From contig OZ241917.1 in the NCBI GenBank assembly GCA_965203805.1, positions 3,776,001 through 3,840,000 on the forward strand: a DNA stretch of 64,000 bases, given 5' to 3'. The stretch's first letter is position 1; every line of letters begins with the position of its first letter. Positions 29,713 to 40,061 of the stretch are shown here, in pieces. The DNA comes from Candidatus Latescibacterota bacterium (GTDB taxonomy: Bacteria > Latescibacterota > UBA2968 > GCA-2709665). The position numbers and the translations under genes were made by a program. Below the pieces are notes generated by a model. That model saw only the letters and a program-made list of their open reading frames with translations, was not told the DNA's origin and made no database searches.

Positions 29713-30462
29713 TTAGAAACTGAAGAGTTTCAGGGCGGTGCGGCCCATGATCCATTCAAGTTCATTTTCGGACAGGAACGTCCAGCGGCGGGGCATTCCC
29801 ACCGCCATCTCGCAGGTCTCGTGAAGACTCACGGGCGGGAAGTCGCTCCCCCACATGATCCGGTCCGCGCCGAACCGTTCCAGCGCGCGTTCGATGAACG
29901 GCGTTGCCTCGTCGTAGGGGTATCCCTTTCCGAATCCATAGAATCCTGACACCATGAATATCGTATTATCGTAATTCGCGTACCCCATCAGACGCTCATA
30001 TTCCGGCTCGTCCGGGGTCTTCTCCACGTCCGGAAACCATCCCATATGTTCAATGCGAAACACCGCGCGCGAGTGACGCCGAATCCGTTGCTCCATCGCG
30101 GGGCGAAGCATGCCTGCCATGCCTCCGCTCAGACTGGCCATGATGCCGAGTTCTCCGGCGGTATCCCAGACCGCCTCATTGTCGACGGAAGCCGGAATTC
30201 GCAGTCCCGCGAGTCCGAACTCCGCCACTTCCCGCCGGATTCGCTCGCCGGCGTCCGCCGCTTCGTAGTCCACGGCGCCCAGAGAAGCGAAGCGTCCCGG
30301 ATAACGGACCATACAGTCCTTCAAATAGGCGTTATCGTGACACCCGCCGTACTGCACGAGCAGCGCCTTGTCGATGCCGGCCGAATCCATCTGGGCCAGC
30401 AGCACTTCAACGGCTACGTACTTTGTCAGCCCCACGTGCACATGTCCGTCGACAATGGTCAT
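29713..30462 (-). CDS. Amidohydrolase_2-family protein
   Basis: IVDGHVH, IEHMG, FGADRIMWGSDFP. Confidence 0.9.
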   Translation of the reverse strand: MTIVDGHVHVGLTKYVAVEVLLAQMDSAGIDKALLVQYGGCHDNAYLKDCMVRYPGRFASLGAVDYEAADAGERIRREVAEFGLAGLRIPASVDNEAVWDTAGELGIMASLSGGMAGMLRPAMEQRIRRHSRAVFRIEHMGWFPDVEKTPDEPEYERLMGYANYDNTIFMVSGFYGFGKGYPYDEATPFIERALERFGADRIMWGSDFPPVSLHETCEMAVGMPRRWTFLSENELEWIMGRTALKLFSF

Positions 30463-30526
30463 TCCATCCCTCCTTGCCGGGCGATGCGGGACCCGAACCG
30501 TCCGGCGTTTTTTCGACGGCGGGTGT

Positions 30527-31351
30527 TCAGTCAATCTCAACGACCAGCCCGTCCTCCGCCACGAGCACCTCGCCGCCGTATCCGCCCCTGATCTCGTCCG
30601 CCATCTGATACGGGGCCGTCCGGTCTCCCGTAATGTCTTCGATCACCAGGTGTTTGATGATGACGCGCTTCACTTCGGATTCCCGTGCAATATCCGCAAT
30701 ATCAGCGGGCGTGATGTGCCAGGCGCCCCACGGCTGTGTCGCCAGGAACTCCGGCGTGCCTGAACACTCGATGGCCAGGACGTCCGCGCCTCGGCAAAAG
30801 TCCGGGAAGTCCTCATCTGGCGTTCCGTCTCCCGTAATGACCACGCGACGGTCGCCCGCGTCCACCCGATAGGCCAGCGTCGGGATATTCCCGTGATCGG
30901 TGAATGTCGCGGAAACCCGGTAATCGTCCAGTTCCAGGAAGGGATGGTTTCCGTCCACTTCGATCACCTCCGGATCCAGCGGGCGGATGTCCTTTCCGTG
31001 GCTCAGCCGGCTGTTGATATCCTGTTCAAAGGGCGGCCGGATGACTCGCTCCACGAAATCCCGGGTGCCCGCAGGACCGTAAATTCCCAATCGACGATTC
31101 CGTTCCTTCACCCATCCCACGAAAACCAGATAGGGCACATCGACAATATGATCGAAATGCAGGTGGGTCAAAAACAGCCGGTCCACCTCCTCGCATCCCA
31201 CGCCCGCGCGCGCCAGGTTCGTGCCGGCGCTCCGGCCGCAGTCGAACATCAACACTTCGTTGCCGACCCGAAGCATCTGCGCCGGACCGCCCCTGACCGG
31301 GTTATCCCGAACGGCGCCGCTGCCCAGCATGACAAACGTCATTCCAGCCAT
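30527..31351 (-). CDS. MBL-fold metallohydrolase (RNase Z / AtsA-like)
   Basis: MLGSG, FDCG, FLTHLHFDH, TGDG, WHIT, IKHL; the ORF-track N-terminal extension is the repeat read through. Confidence 0.9.
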   Translation of the reverse strand: MAGMTFVMLGSGAVRDNPVRGGPAQMLRVGNEVLMFDCGRSAGTNLARAGVGCEEVDRLFLTHLHFDHIVDVPYLVFVGWVKERNRRLGIYGPAGTRDFVERVIRPPFEQDINSRLSHGKDIRPLDPEVIEVDGNHPFLELDDYRVSATFTDHGNIPTLAYRVDAGDRRVVITGDGTPDEDFPDFCRGADVLAIECSGTPEFLATQPWGAWHITPADIADIARESEVKRVIIKHLVIEDITGDRTAPYQMADEIRGGYGGEVLVAEDGLVVEID

Positions 31352-31434
31352 GTGTCTCGCTTCCTGAAGAAAACTTGAACTTACATGGATGGACGGGATG
31401 AACAGGATAAAAGACCAAAAAGCGCGACAAAAGA

Positions 31435-31633
31435 ACGAGAAGACGAGAAAGGCACGAGAAGACGAGAAGACGAAAAAGCACGAGAAGACGAGAAGACGAA
31501 AAAGCACGAGAAGACGAGAAGACGAAAAAGCACGAGAAGACGAGAAGACGAAAAAGCACGAGAAGACGAGAAGACGAGAAAGCACGAGAAGACGAGAAAA
31601 CGAGAAAGCACGAGAAGACGAGAAAACGAGAAA
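31435..31633. repeat. Tandem repeat: 7 x 26-bp unit GCACGAGAAGACGAGAAGACGAAAAA (built from 8-bp ACGAGAAG subunits) plus a partial copy
   Basis: Units start at 31452, 31478, 31504, 31530, 31556, 31582 and 31608; the first four are identical and the last three are variants. Confidence 0.95.
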
Positions 31634-31715
31634 CGGCAGTATGTTCGCCTGGTACGTCGGAAGCAACGCCCCCGCGAATGGAACGCAAACTGCCTGTTTG
31701 CGGTACGGAAACCGG

Positions 31716-32792
31716 TTACTTCGACGTGCGGGTTTCATGTTGATATGCTTCCAGCGTCTTCTCCGCAATCGACGCCCATGACAACGCTTTCGCCCGCTGA
31801 AACGCGCCTTCCGATATGGCCGGCTGGTCGCGCTCCCGGATCTCTTCCATCGCCAGCTCGAGCCCATCCCCGGCCCGGGCGTCGTATATGATCCCGGAGG
31901 TGTCGTCCAACAGTTCCGGAAGACAGCCGATGCCCGGTGCGATGACCGGCCGCGCGAAAGACAATGCCGTGATCGCCGAGCCGGAAGTCAGCATATCCAC
32001 GAAGGGCAGCACCATAACGTCCGACGCGTTAAAGAAGAGCTGGAGCTCCTCGTCAGGGAAGAATTCCGCCGTTTGCATGAGAATCCTCGGATCGCCGGCG
32101 CGCGCCCGGGCGACCACGTCCGCGCTGTATTCGCTGTTCACCTTGGCGGCGAGGAGCAATCTTAGATGTTCCCCCTGCAGATTGGAAAACGCCTCGAGCA
32201 GTCGCTCGACGCCCTTATAGCGTTTTACGTTTCCGAAGAAAAGATACACGAATCCGTCGGGGGCGATCCCCAACGTTCTCCTGGCCTCGACGCGCGACAC
32301 CTTGTTCTCGTACACGTCTATGAAATGCCCGTGCGGTATTGTAAATATGCCATGTGTCCGGTGAAAGTGATTCAACACCTGCGTGCGTCCGTACTCGCAA
32401 TGCACGATCAGCGCCGTTGCGAGGTGCGTTATGGCGAAGCGCGCAAGGCGGTCCAGGCCCGGATGCGGACGTTCGTGGGGATACAGGTTGTGGACGGTCC
32501 ACACGATTCTGTAACCCAATGACCGCGCGCGGGTCAGGTGGCCGATCAGTTCAGAGCATTTTCTGACGCTCTCGCCCATATCGGCCGTGTTGTACATGTA
32601 CGACGGCCAATTCAGGTGCAATACGTCCACCCTGTCGCGGTTTTCCACCAGCCACGATTCGCTCAGATCCTCGTCGTATCCGGCTTCGAGGTCTACCCCG
32701 AGTCCGGCCATCGCCCTCGCGAGCAAGGATCCGTAGGGGTTGTTTTTTTCGAATCCGAGGCCCGCCCTGCCCCAGTAGAACACCACCCGCAT
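31716..32792 (-). CDS. Glycosyltransferase family 4
   Basis: NPYGSLL, VWTVHNL.PHE, IPHGH, FFGNVKRYKG, SGSAITALSF.RPVIAP..G.LPE. Confidence 0.92.
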   Translation of the reverse strand: MRVVFYWGRAGLGFEKNNPYGSLLARAMAGLGVDLEAGYDEDLSESWLVENRDRVDVLHLNWPSYMYNTADMGESVRKCSELIGHLTRARSLGYRIVWTVHNLYPHERPHPGLDRLARFAITHLATALIVHCEYGRTQVLNHFHRTHGIFTIPHGHFIDVYENKVSRVEARRTLGIAPDGFVYLFFGNVKRYKGVERLLEAFSNLQGEHLRLLLAAKVNSEYSADVVARARAGDPRILMQTAEFFPDEELQLFFNASDVMVLPFVDMLTSGSAITALSFARPVIAPGIGCLPELLDDTSGIIYDARAGDGLELAMEEIRERDQPAISEGAFQRAKALSWASIAEKTLEAYQHETRTSK

Positions 32793-32856
32793 ACGTGTCT
32801 CCGTGTGAGCCGAATCTCTTCCCTGGCAGCGACGTCGGGAACCGGACGCTACTCCC

Positions 32857-34815
32857 CTACAACAACATCCTCTTGACGGTCCGGCTCCACCCTTTTTGAA
32901 AGTACAGGTCTCCGTTCAAATATACGTTCAGTCCCAGGTTCATCACAAAACAATCCGCGTTGCTCGTAAGCGAACCGGTCGCTTCGGAACGCACGTCGCA
33001 CCCCGGCCACGCGACCGCCGCCTGCTTTTTCGAACGGGTCCAGGCCTCCGCCGGCGTGCGGTTCGACACCCCCATTTCCCCTTCCCCGCCGAACAGAATC
33101 AGGCGGTAACGGTCTTCCAGCACATCGTGCACAACCTGCCACGGCGCGTCGCCGGACCCTGTGGGTCTTGCCGCATGCGGCGAAGGCGAAAACGCAAACG
33201 CCGGATCCGCACCTCCGTTCCATACGGGCAACTCGATCTTCGACGGGATTTCAGGTCCCCAGTGAACAGTGATCCGGCCGGCCCGGGGCGTAGGCCAGAC
33301 GTTCGGGAAATCCGATCCGTTGATGCTGATCCCGATCCGATGCCCCTTTCTGAATCGCCACGCCGTCGCTTCCATATGAAACGCGACCCGGGCGATCTCG
33401 CCCGGAACCAGGGGGACGGCACGATCCATTCCCTCCCGGCGGGTCGAATTCAGTATCCCCTTTGTCACGAGCACGCTGGACCCATCCGGCGCAATCTCCA
33501 ATAACCGGACCGCTATCGGTACCACCTCCACGTCGGAACTGATATACAGGCTGAACGTCGGGGACCCCAGGATCGACACGGGCTCCGCAAGGGGCGGTGA
33601 CGCAAAGTTGATCGCCCGCGCCGAATCCACCCGCTGGTCTCCCGGCAACGTAAAGGGCGTCCCGCCGTCCCACAACCCCCCGTTTCGACATGCAGCCGGC
33701 AGGTAGTCTTCGGAAGCTTCGCCCGCCCCGTCAGCGGGACCATCGGCGAGTACGCCGCCGTGAAGATGGTACGTCCTGGGCGCCTGCCGAGGCAGATCGG
33801 CAGCCATCCGCCATCCACCGGCAATGATGGTGCGATCCGTTACCGGTTCTTCATATTCCCGCTGAAATACCTGAACGGTGGGTTCGTCCGTTACGCCGTT
33901 ATCCATTCCCTTCAGCCAGCAGTCCCACCAGCGCAACAGTTCGTAGAAAATGTCGATACGGGGTCCGCAGTGCGACTGGTCTCCGTAAGCATGGGACCAC
34001 GGCCCCATCAGCAGGCGTTTGGGGGCGTCTAACGCACGGTACACCCGCAACGGCGGCGTTGGGTATCCGTCGTTCCAGCCACCGATCAGCAGGGCCGCCG
34101 CCCGAATCCGATCGTATCGTCCGGCAATCGATCCCACCGCCCAATAGTCATCCTCCACCTGGTGGGAGATCCACTTCAGGAGGTATGGTTCGCTCTCCTT
34201 GAGCCGCTGCCGCCAGATTTCGCTCCATCGATCGCCAACGGCTTCCCGATACGGCGGCAGCCCGTTGCGCGCCACCATATTCAGGCCGTAGGCCAGCATG
34301 TCGTAAAAGCCCCGAAGACACCCGCCCTTGTAATGACAGTCGTCCGTATACCTTCGGTCCGTAAAGTAGGCCGGCGCGATCGCTTTCAGCGCAGGCGGCG
34401 CCTCGGCCGCGACCTGGAGCGTCGTAAAACCGCTGTACGACGTACCCAGCATCCCCACGCGACCGTTGCACCATGGCTGATCCGCCAGCCAGGCGATGGC
34501 ATCGTACCCGTCCTGCGTTTCTTCCACCATATACTCGTCCCTGCTCACGCCCTCCGAATTGCCCGTCCCCCGTGCGTTCAGATAGACGAATGCATATCCC
34601 CGCTCGGCGAAATACCGGGCCATGGACGATGTGGCGCCGTCGGATCCGCTGCGATACGGATCGTACCACACCAGCGCGGGAAACGCGTTATCGGACACCG
34701 GCCGGGTAATGGCCGAGCCCAGCGTGATCCCGTCACGTGTTGGAATTCGATATCGATTGCTCGTGCGGAACCCGTACTCGGCAGGGGAGCAGATTCGTCT
34801 CTTCGATACATTCAC
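32857..34815 (-). CDS. CocE/NonD-family serine hydrolase
   Basis: IPTRDGITL, RGTGNSEG, WLADQPWCNGRVGMLGTSYSG, GGWND, GPWSH; probable GTG start 34815 with RBS. Confidence 0.92.
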   Translation of the reverse strand: MNVSKRRICSPAEYGFRTSNRYRIPTRDGITLGSAITRPVSDNAFPALVWYDPYRSGSDGATSSMARYFAERGYAFVYLNARGTGNSEGVSRDEYMVEETQDGYDAIAWLADQPWCNGRVGMLGTSYSGFTTLQVAAEAPPALKAIAPAYFTDRRYTDDCHYKGGCLRGFYDMLAYGLNMVARNGLPPYREAVGDRWSEIWRQRLKESEPYLLKWISHQVEDDYWAVGSIAGRYDRIRAAALLIGGWNDGYPTPPLRVYRALDAPKRLLMGPWSHAYGDQSHCGPRIDIFYELLRWWDCWLKGMDNGVTDEPTVQVFQREYEEPVTDRTIIAGGWRMAADLPRQAPRTYHLHGGVLADGPADGAGEASEDYLPAACRNGGLWDGGTPFTLPGDQRVDSARAINFASPPLAEPVSILGSPTFSLYISSDVEVVPIAVRLLEIAPDGSSVLVTKGILNSTRREGMDRAVPLVPGEIARVAFHMEATAWRFRKGHRIGISINGSDFPNVWPTPRAGRITVHWGPEIPSKIELPVWNGGADPAFAFSPSPHAARPTGSGDAPWQVVHDVLEDRYRLILFGGEGEMGVSNRTPAEAWTRSKKQAAVAWPGCDVRSEATGSLTSNADCFVMNLGLNVYLNGDLYFQKGWSRTVKRMLL

Positions 34816-34917
34816 CGGTCGTCCCTCACCTTTATATTGACAGCGCCATCCGGATTGTTTACCTACGTGTCCTGTCCCAATAGCACCTCGCCGTAAATCG
34901 ATAGGGTCGAGGAATCG

Positions 34918-36747
34918 ATGCGTTACAGAAGCATGCGCCACTGCGTCCATGACCTGGAAAAACACGGCCACCTCGTCCGCATCCGGGATGAAGTCGATCC
35001 GGACCTCGAAATGGCCGAAATTCACCGCCGCGTGTATCGGTCACGCGGTCCCGCCGTGTTCTACGAAAACGTCAAGGGCAGCGCCTTTCCGGCCGTGTCG
35101 AACCTCTTCGGCACCCTGGAACGGTCCCGCTTCATCTTCCGTACCACACTGAAGTGGGTCAGGCGTCTTATCGAGATCAAGGCCGATCCACCGGCCTATC
35201 TGAAGGCGCCCTGGAGAGCCGCGGGCATCGCCAGCATCGCGCCGAACATCCCGCCCCGACGGGTCCGGTCCGGCCCCGTCCTTGAACATACAACCACGGT
35301 CGCCCGTCTCCCGCAGATCAGGTGCTGGCCGGACGATGGCGGCGCTTTTATCCTGCTTCCCCAGGTCTACACCGAAGATCCCATGAATCCCGGTATCCTC
35401 AATTCCAACCTCGGGATGTACAGGATTCAGATGTCGGGCAACCGGTATGAACCCGACAGAGAGGTCGGGCTGCATTACCAGATCAGGCGGGACATCGGCA
35501 TCCACCATACAAATGCCATTGCAAAGGGCGAGCCGCTTCGCGCCAGCGTCTTCGTCGGCGGACCGCCCGCCCACACGTTTGCGGCGGTAATGCCCCTTCC
35601 CGAAGGCCTGCCCGAAGTCGCGTTCGCGGGAGGTCTGGCCGGCCGCCGCTTCCGTTACGCACTAAAAAACGGCTTCACCGTTTCCGCCGAAGCCGATTTC
35701 TGCATCACGGGCGCAGTCAATCCCGGCGAAACCCTTCCCGAAGGTCCGTTCGGCGACCACCTGGGTTATTACAGCCTGGCGCACGAGTTCCCCGTGCTGC
35801 GCGTCGATGCCGTCTATCACCGCAAGGACGCCGTCTGGCCCTTCACCGTTGTTGGCCGCCCGCCCCAGGAAGACACGGCGTTCGGAGAACTCATCCACGA
35901 ATTGACGGGCCCTATGGTGCCGGTCGAACTACCGGGCCTGAAGGCCATCAACGCCGTCGACGCCGCCGGCGTCCACCCCCTGCTCCTGGCCATCGGCAGC
36001 GAGCGTTACGTGCCCTATCGGGAACGGCAACCCCAGGAGATCCTCACCATTGCCAATGCGCTGCTGGGGTTCGGCGCGTGCTCGCTCGCCAAGTATCTGC
36101 TGATCGTCGCGGGCGAAGACAATCCGCAACTGGACATTCACGACATCGCGGACTTTCTACGGCATCTCCTCGAACGCGTGGACTGGAACCGCGACCTCCA
36201 TTTCCAGACCCGCACGACCATCGATACCCTGGACTATTCCGGCACCGGCCTGAACGAAGGTTCCAAGGTCGTGATCGCCGCGGCGGGCCCCAAAAAGCGG
36301 GAACTGCCAATCGAAATTCCACGCGACCTGGTCCTGCCCTCAGAACTGAAGAATCCGAAAGTCGCGCTACCGGGAATCCTGGCCGTCGAAGCGCCAACAT
36401 TCAACGCTCCGAGCGGCGCAGAAACGGCGCAGCGGCTGACCGCAGCACTGGAATCGGTGGAACAGGTCCGGGGATTTCCACTGATCCTGCTCGTGGACGA
36501 CGCCGACTTCACCGCGCGGACGCTGAACAACCTCCTGTGGGTCACGTTTACCCGGTCCAACCCCTCTCACGACGTTTACGGCATCGGGAGTTTCATCGAA
36601 AACAAACACTGGGGCTGCCGCGGACCGCTAGTCATCGACGCCCGCCTCAAACCCCATCATGCGCCGCCTCTCGTTGAAGACCCCGGCGTCACCCGCAAAG
36701 TCGACCGCCTGGGCGAGCGCAACGGCCCCCTGCACGGCATTATCTGA
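34918..36747 (+). CDS. UbiD-family prFMN-dependent decarboxylase
   Basis: EVDPDLE, NLFGT, W.DDGG.FI.LP.V, NLGMYR.Q, EGPFGDHLGYYS, VVGRPPQED, DTLDYS. Confidence 0.93.
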   Translation: MRYRSMRHCVHDLEKHGHLVRIRDEVDPDLEMAEIHRRVYRSRGPAVFYENVKGSAFPAVSNLFGTLERSRFIFRTTLKWVRRLIEIKADPPAYLKAPWRAAGIASIAPNIPPRRVRSGPVLEHTTTVARLPQIRCWPDDGGAFILLPQVYTEDPMNPGILNSNLGMYRIQMSGNRYEPDREVGLHYQIRRDIGIHHTNAIAKGEPLRASVFVGGPPAHTFAAVMPLPEGLPEVAFAGGLAGRRFRYALKNGFTVSAEADFCITGAVNPGETLPEGPFGDHLGYYSLAHEFPVLRVDAVYHRKDAVWPFTVVGRPPQEDTAFGELIHELTGPMVPVELPGLKAINAVDAAGVHPLLLAIGSERYVPYRERQPQEILTIANALLGFGACSLAKYLLIVAGEDNPQLDIHDIADFLRHLLERVDWNRDLHFQTRTTIDTLDYSGTGLNEGSKVVIAAAGPKKRELPIEIPRDLVLPSELKNPKVALPGILAVEAPTFNAPSGAETAQRLTAALESVEQVRGFPLILLVDDADFTARTLNNLLWVTFTRSNPSHDVYGIGSFIENKHWGCRGPLVIDARLKPHHAPPLVEDPGVTRKVDRLGERNGPLHGII

Positions 36748-36753
36748 AGCACA

Positions 36754-38187
36754 TCAATAAAGATCGTCCGCCGTTGTTGTTGCACACCACCGCGCGGTAA
36801 ACAGCGCGTCCAGCAGGGCCCTCCGCGCCCCCGGCGTACCGATGCGTCGCAGGGCCAGCCCGGCGTAGAACCGGTTGTAGCGGTTCTCGTCCTCCAGCGC
36901 CTCTACCAGGTCGCCCACCGCCGGGTCTCCCGCCTCTCCGAGGTTGCAAAGCAAAAGCGCGGCGTTGCGCCGTACCCGGTAATCGGGGTCCTTTACCGCC
37001 AGGAACACCGCCGGCAGGACGTCCTCGGAGTCCGCCCCGATAGCGCGCAACGCTTCGAGCGCATTGCGACGCACCCACCAGTGATCGTCGCCGACCTTCT
37101 CGAGAAGACCGGACACTGCTTCTTGAGCGTCCGGGCCCGTCCGGGCGAGCACGTCCGCCGCCATCGCACGAATCCACCAGTGATCGTCCTCGAGCACCTC
37201 CAGCAGCGCGGGTACAGCCGGCGCGCCCATGGTCGACAATGCGCGCGCGGCCGCCCCGGGCGTGGGATTGGTCCCGTGAGCGTTGTCCGGCGTCGTAGCC
37301 GTCGTTTCCTCGATCGCAGCGAGTGTCTCCCTGCGCATCGCGTCAACCAGAACTGGGATCGATGCCCTGTCACTTGCCAGCGCATACGCTGTATTGATAC
37401 GCACGCACTCGTCCTCGTCGAACAGCCCGGCTTCCTTTACATCCCCGTTCGCGTCCGCACGCCCGTTGGCGCCCTGCCCCTGCAACCAGCGCCACACATC
37501 CTGCGATGCGGCCGGATTGGCGTCGTCGCCGGGCGGCGTCCAGGCCTGCTCCTGAAGATTCCAGTTGGGCGCATGCGGCGACGTCATACGAGTGAACTGG
37601 AATTTCAGCATATAACGTTTGTTGTCGCTCACATTGGGCGTTGCCCGGTGCCAGGAGTCGAAATGCATCAACGTCACGATCCCGGCATCGCCGCAGATGG
37701 CATACCCGGGCTCGCGGGTTTCGTCCGGGTTGGGGTCTGAAATGGTCTTATAGTTCTGCATGCGCGGAATCACACCCGACGGACCCATATCTATCGTGGT
37801 GTCCTGCGGATAATAGAAGGCCAGCACCCACTGAAAACGTGGATGTCGGATATTGTGGTCGAAGACGTAACAGTCCTTGTGCCAACTCTGCCCGCCGCTT
37901 CCCGGCGGATTCAAATGGCAGTGCCGGTGCGGATTCATGATATAGTCGGGTCCGAGAAGGCTCTTCAATGCGCCGCGCACGACGGGCTGATTGAACACCT
38001 TCTGGATTCGGGGTACCCGCGGCAGAATATTGTTCCCGACGTTGCCTTCCTTTTCGAAAACGGTCTCGATCTCATCGTAGATCTTACCGTGCATGTCGGG
38101 GATCGCATCGGTCTGTACAGTAATGTACCCATCCAGAATGAAGCGCTGTATCTGCGCATCCGTCAGAAGATGATTGTCCTGCGCCAT
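36754..38187 (-). CDS. Phytanoyl-CoA-dioxygenase-like domain fused to HEAT repeats
   Basis: FILDGYI, facial triad WHKD..WHRA; C-terminal AVPALLEVLEDDHWWIR-type HEAT repeats. Confidence 0.85.
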   Translation of the reverse strand: MAQDNHLLTDAQIQRFILDGYITVQTDAIPDMHGKIYDEIETVFEKEGNVGNNILPRVPRIQKVFNQPVVRGALKSLLGPDYIMNPHRHCHLNPPGSGGQSWHKDCYVFDHNIRHPRFQWVLAFYYPQDTTIDMGPSGVIPRMQNYKTISDPNPDETREPGYAICGDAGIVTLMHFDSWHRATPNVSDNKRYMLKFQFTRMTSPHAPNWNLQEQAWTPPGDDANPAASQDVWRWLQGQGANGRADANGDVKEAGLFDEDECVRINTAYALASDRASIPVLVDAMRRETLAAIEETTATTPDNAHGTNPTPGAAARALSTMGAPAVPALLEVLEDDHWWIRAMAADVLARTGPDAQEAVSGLLEKVGDDHWWVRRNALEALRAIGADSEDVLPAVFLAVKDPDYRVRRNAALLLCNLGEAGDPAVGDLVEALEDENRYNRFYAGLALRRIGTPGARRALLDALFTARWCATTTADDLY

Positions 38188-38213
38188 TACTCGACCTCCT
38201 TGTACGTCGGCGT

Positions 38214-40061
38214 TCACCGCGTTGCCGCAGACCCCGTTGCCCGTGCCATATTCACCGCCTCTACGACCTGTTCAACCGTATAGAAGTCGCTCTTGAACAC
38301 CTCATGTCCGCCGGGCGTATAGATGACAAGCAGCGGGATGGTCAACCGGCCGGTTTTTCGCAGCTTTTCCTTGCCGACCGGGTTATTGCCGGTTATATCC
38401 ACCTTGACGGGCGCCACGTCGGGACGCGCCAACACCGTCGCCACCTCAGGACTTTGCAGCACGTTGTGCTCGAGCACTTTGCAGTTCAGGCACCACTCCG
38501 CGGTGAAATCCATCACCACAACCCGGCCATCCTCCAGCGCCTCTTCGAACCGCGCGGGCGTATAGTAAATCCAGTCGATCGGCCCTTTGTCCGTAAACCG
38601 CACGGCGCCGATTGCGGAGAACACGACAAGCGCCGCGCCAAGACACCCGAAGACTGCCCGCCGTCCGGTCCGGGCGGTGATCTGAAGCGTACCGTACACC
38701 AGCCAGAATCCTGCGGCAGCGCCAAATGCCATCACGGGCCACCAGTATCCCGTGCCCGGAGGGTCCGGAGGCGTGACGACAAGCGCGCTAAGCCCCACGC
38801 CCACGAAATAGGCCGCCGCCGCCAGCATCAACAACCCCATCACCTGCTTGATCAACTCGCTGGCCGGGCCCGTGCGGGGCATCCGGTCCACCAGCGCGGG
38901 AAAGACGGACAGTGCCAGGTACGGCGCGGCCATCCCGCCGCCGATCGCGGCGAACGTCAGCAGCGTCGTCCCGGGATATTGCGTGGCTGCCCACGCCGCC
39001 GCGGCGCCCATAAACGGCGCGGTGCACGGGGTGGAAAGTACCGCCGTCATGATGCCGAAACCGAACGAACCCCCGAGGCTGTCGTGTCCGGGGTTGAACC
39101 GGTAGACAGCCTGCGGCAAACGGACATAGAACAGCCCGCACATGCCAACCGCCATGGCGGCAATAATCAGCCCGACCAGGATCGTGAACATCGGATACTG
39201 GAAAAGCTGGTTGGTCGCCGTAAATCCGCTGATGCCGGCAATCATCGTCCCGAGCGCCAGCCAGAAGGCCACGACGCCCAGCGACATGGTGGTCCCCAGC
39301 ACGAGACGCCGGGTGGGGTTGTCCGCGGACTGCGCCAGGCCGATGATCTTGATGGGGATGACAGGAAGCACGCAGGGCGTCAGATTCAGCAACCCGCCGC
39401 CGAACGCGGCCACGATGAGAAGCAGAATCAGACCTGCCCCGGACGACGTATCGATCAGGAACGTCCAGCCGAACAGATCGAAACGCACCCCGGTTCCGGC
39501 CGTCCCGGCGCCCGCCGACTCGTAATCTTCGAACAACATGGAATTCATACGGTTTACGGGCTTGCCCGCGCCAACGACAGGCAGCGCCGCCTCCAGCACA
39601 ACCGTATTCGGAATAAAGCAGGTAAATTCATCGCACGCCTGGTACTCGACCTCGAGTTTAAGCCGCTGCGATCCCGGCGGCACCTCCTCGCCCACCTTTA
39701 TGGGAAGGTAAAAAACCGTCTGACCCTCGTACACCATGAGATCACCGTCGGCATAGTCTGCCTGTATCGGATGGGGCTTCGGAAAACGAACGGCTTCCAG
39801 CGTCAGCCCGGCCGCCGCCTCCAGGATTCGAACGTCGGAAGGATACGGTTCGAAATCGCCGACAGCCAGCGCCTGCGCCGGATCGGGGTTGATATGAAAT
39901 CCATCGTCAATATCCACCACGATGGCCAGCGCCACGAGGTCGCCCGGGCGCGCAGCGTCGACCGGCCAGGCCGTGCTTACCCTGACCTTTTCCTGCGCCG
40001 ATACGGGTGGATTTGCGAAAAAAAGTGCAAACGCCAGGGCAATCAAATACGATTTTTTCAT
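38214..40061 (-). CDS. dsbD: Protein-disulfide reductase DsbD-like (N-terminal Ig domain, CcdA TM domain, thioredoxin)
   Basis: YQACDEFTCFIP, LNLTPCVLP, STPCTAPF, DFTAEWCLNC. Confidence 0.88.
   Translation of the reverse strand: MKKSYLIALAFALFFANPPVSAQEKVRVSTAWPVDAARPGDLVALAIVVDIDDGFHINPDPAQALAVGDFEPYPSDVRILEAAAGLTLEAVRFPKPHPIQADYADGDLMVYEGQTVFYLPIKVGEEVPPGSQRLKLEVEYQACDEFTCFIPNTVVLEAALPVVGAGKPVNRMNSMLFEDYESAGAGTAGTGVRFDLFGWTFLIDTSSGAGLILLLIVAAFGGGLLNLTPCVLPVIPIKIIGLAQSADNPTRRLVLGTTMSLGVVAFWLALGTMIAGISGFTATNQLFQYPMFTILVGLIIAAMAVGMCGLFYVRLPQAVYRFNPGHDSLGGSFGFGIMTAVLSTPCTAPFMGAAAAWAATQYPGTTLLTFAAIGGGMAAPYLALSVFPALVDRMPRTGPASELIKQVMGLLMLAAAAYFVGVGLSALVVTPPDPPGTGYWWPVMAFGAAAGFWLVYGTLQITARTGRRAVFGCLGAALVVFSAIGAVRFTDKGPIDWIYYTPARFEEALEDGRVVVMDFTAEWCLNCKVLEHNVLQSPEVATVLARPDVAPVKVDITGNNPVGKEKLRKTGRLTIPLLVIYTPGGHEVFKSDFYTVEQVVEAVNMARATGSAATR

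Noticed and set aside
31435-31633. Possible CRISPR array
   Set aside because: Units are directly adjacent with no unique spacers and there are no cas genes; it is a VNTR
31302-31891. Low-complexity ORFs (REDEK-rich on +, FSSSRLLV-rich on -) and the long N-terminal extension of the MBL gene
   Set aside because: The T-free/A-free repeat cannot contain stop codons, so all frames are open by construction; no RBS or domain support
34816-35025. ORF-track N-terminal extensions (CocE here; similarly 21979-22320, 53925-54005, 15370-15516, 12240-12368)
   Set aside because: They overlap neighbouring genes or promoters; better starts with RBS or coupling lie downstream
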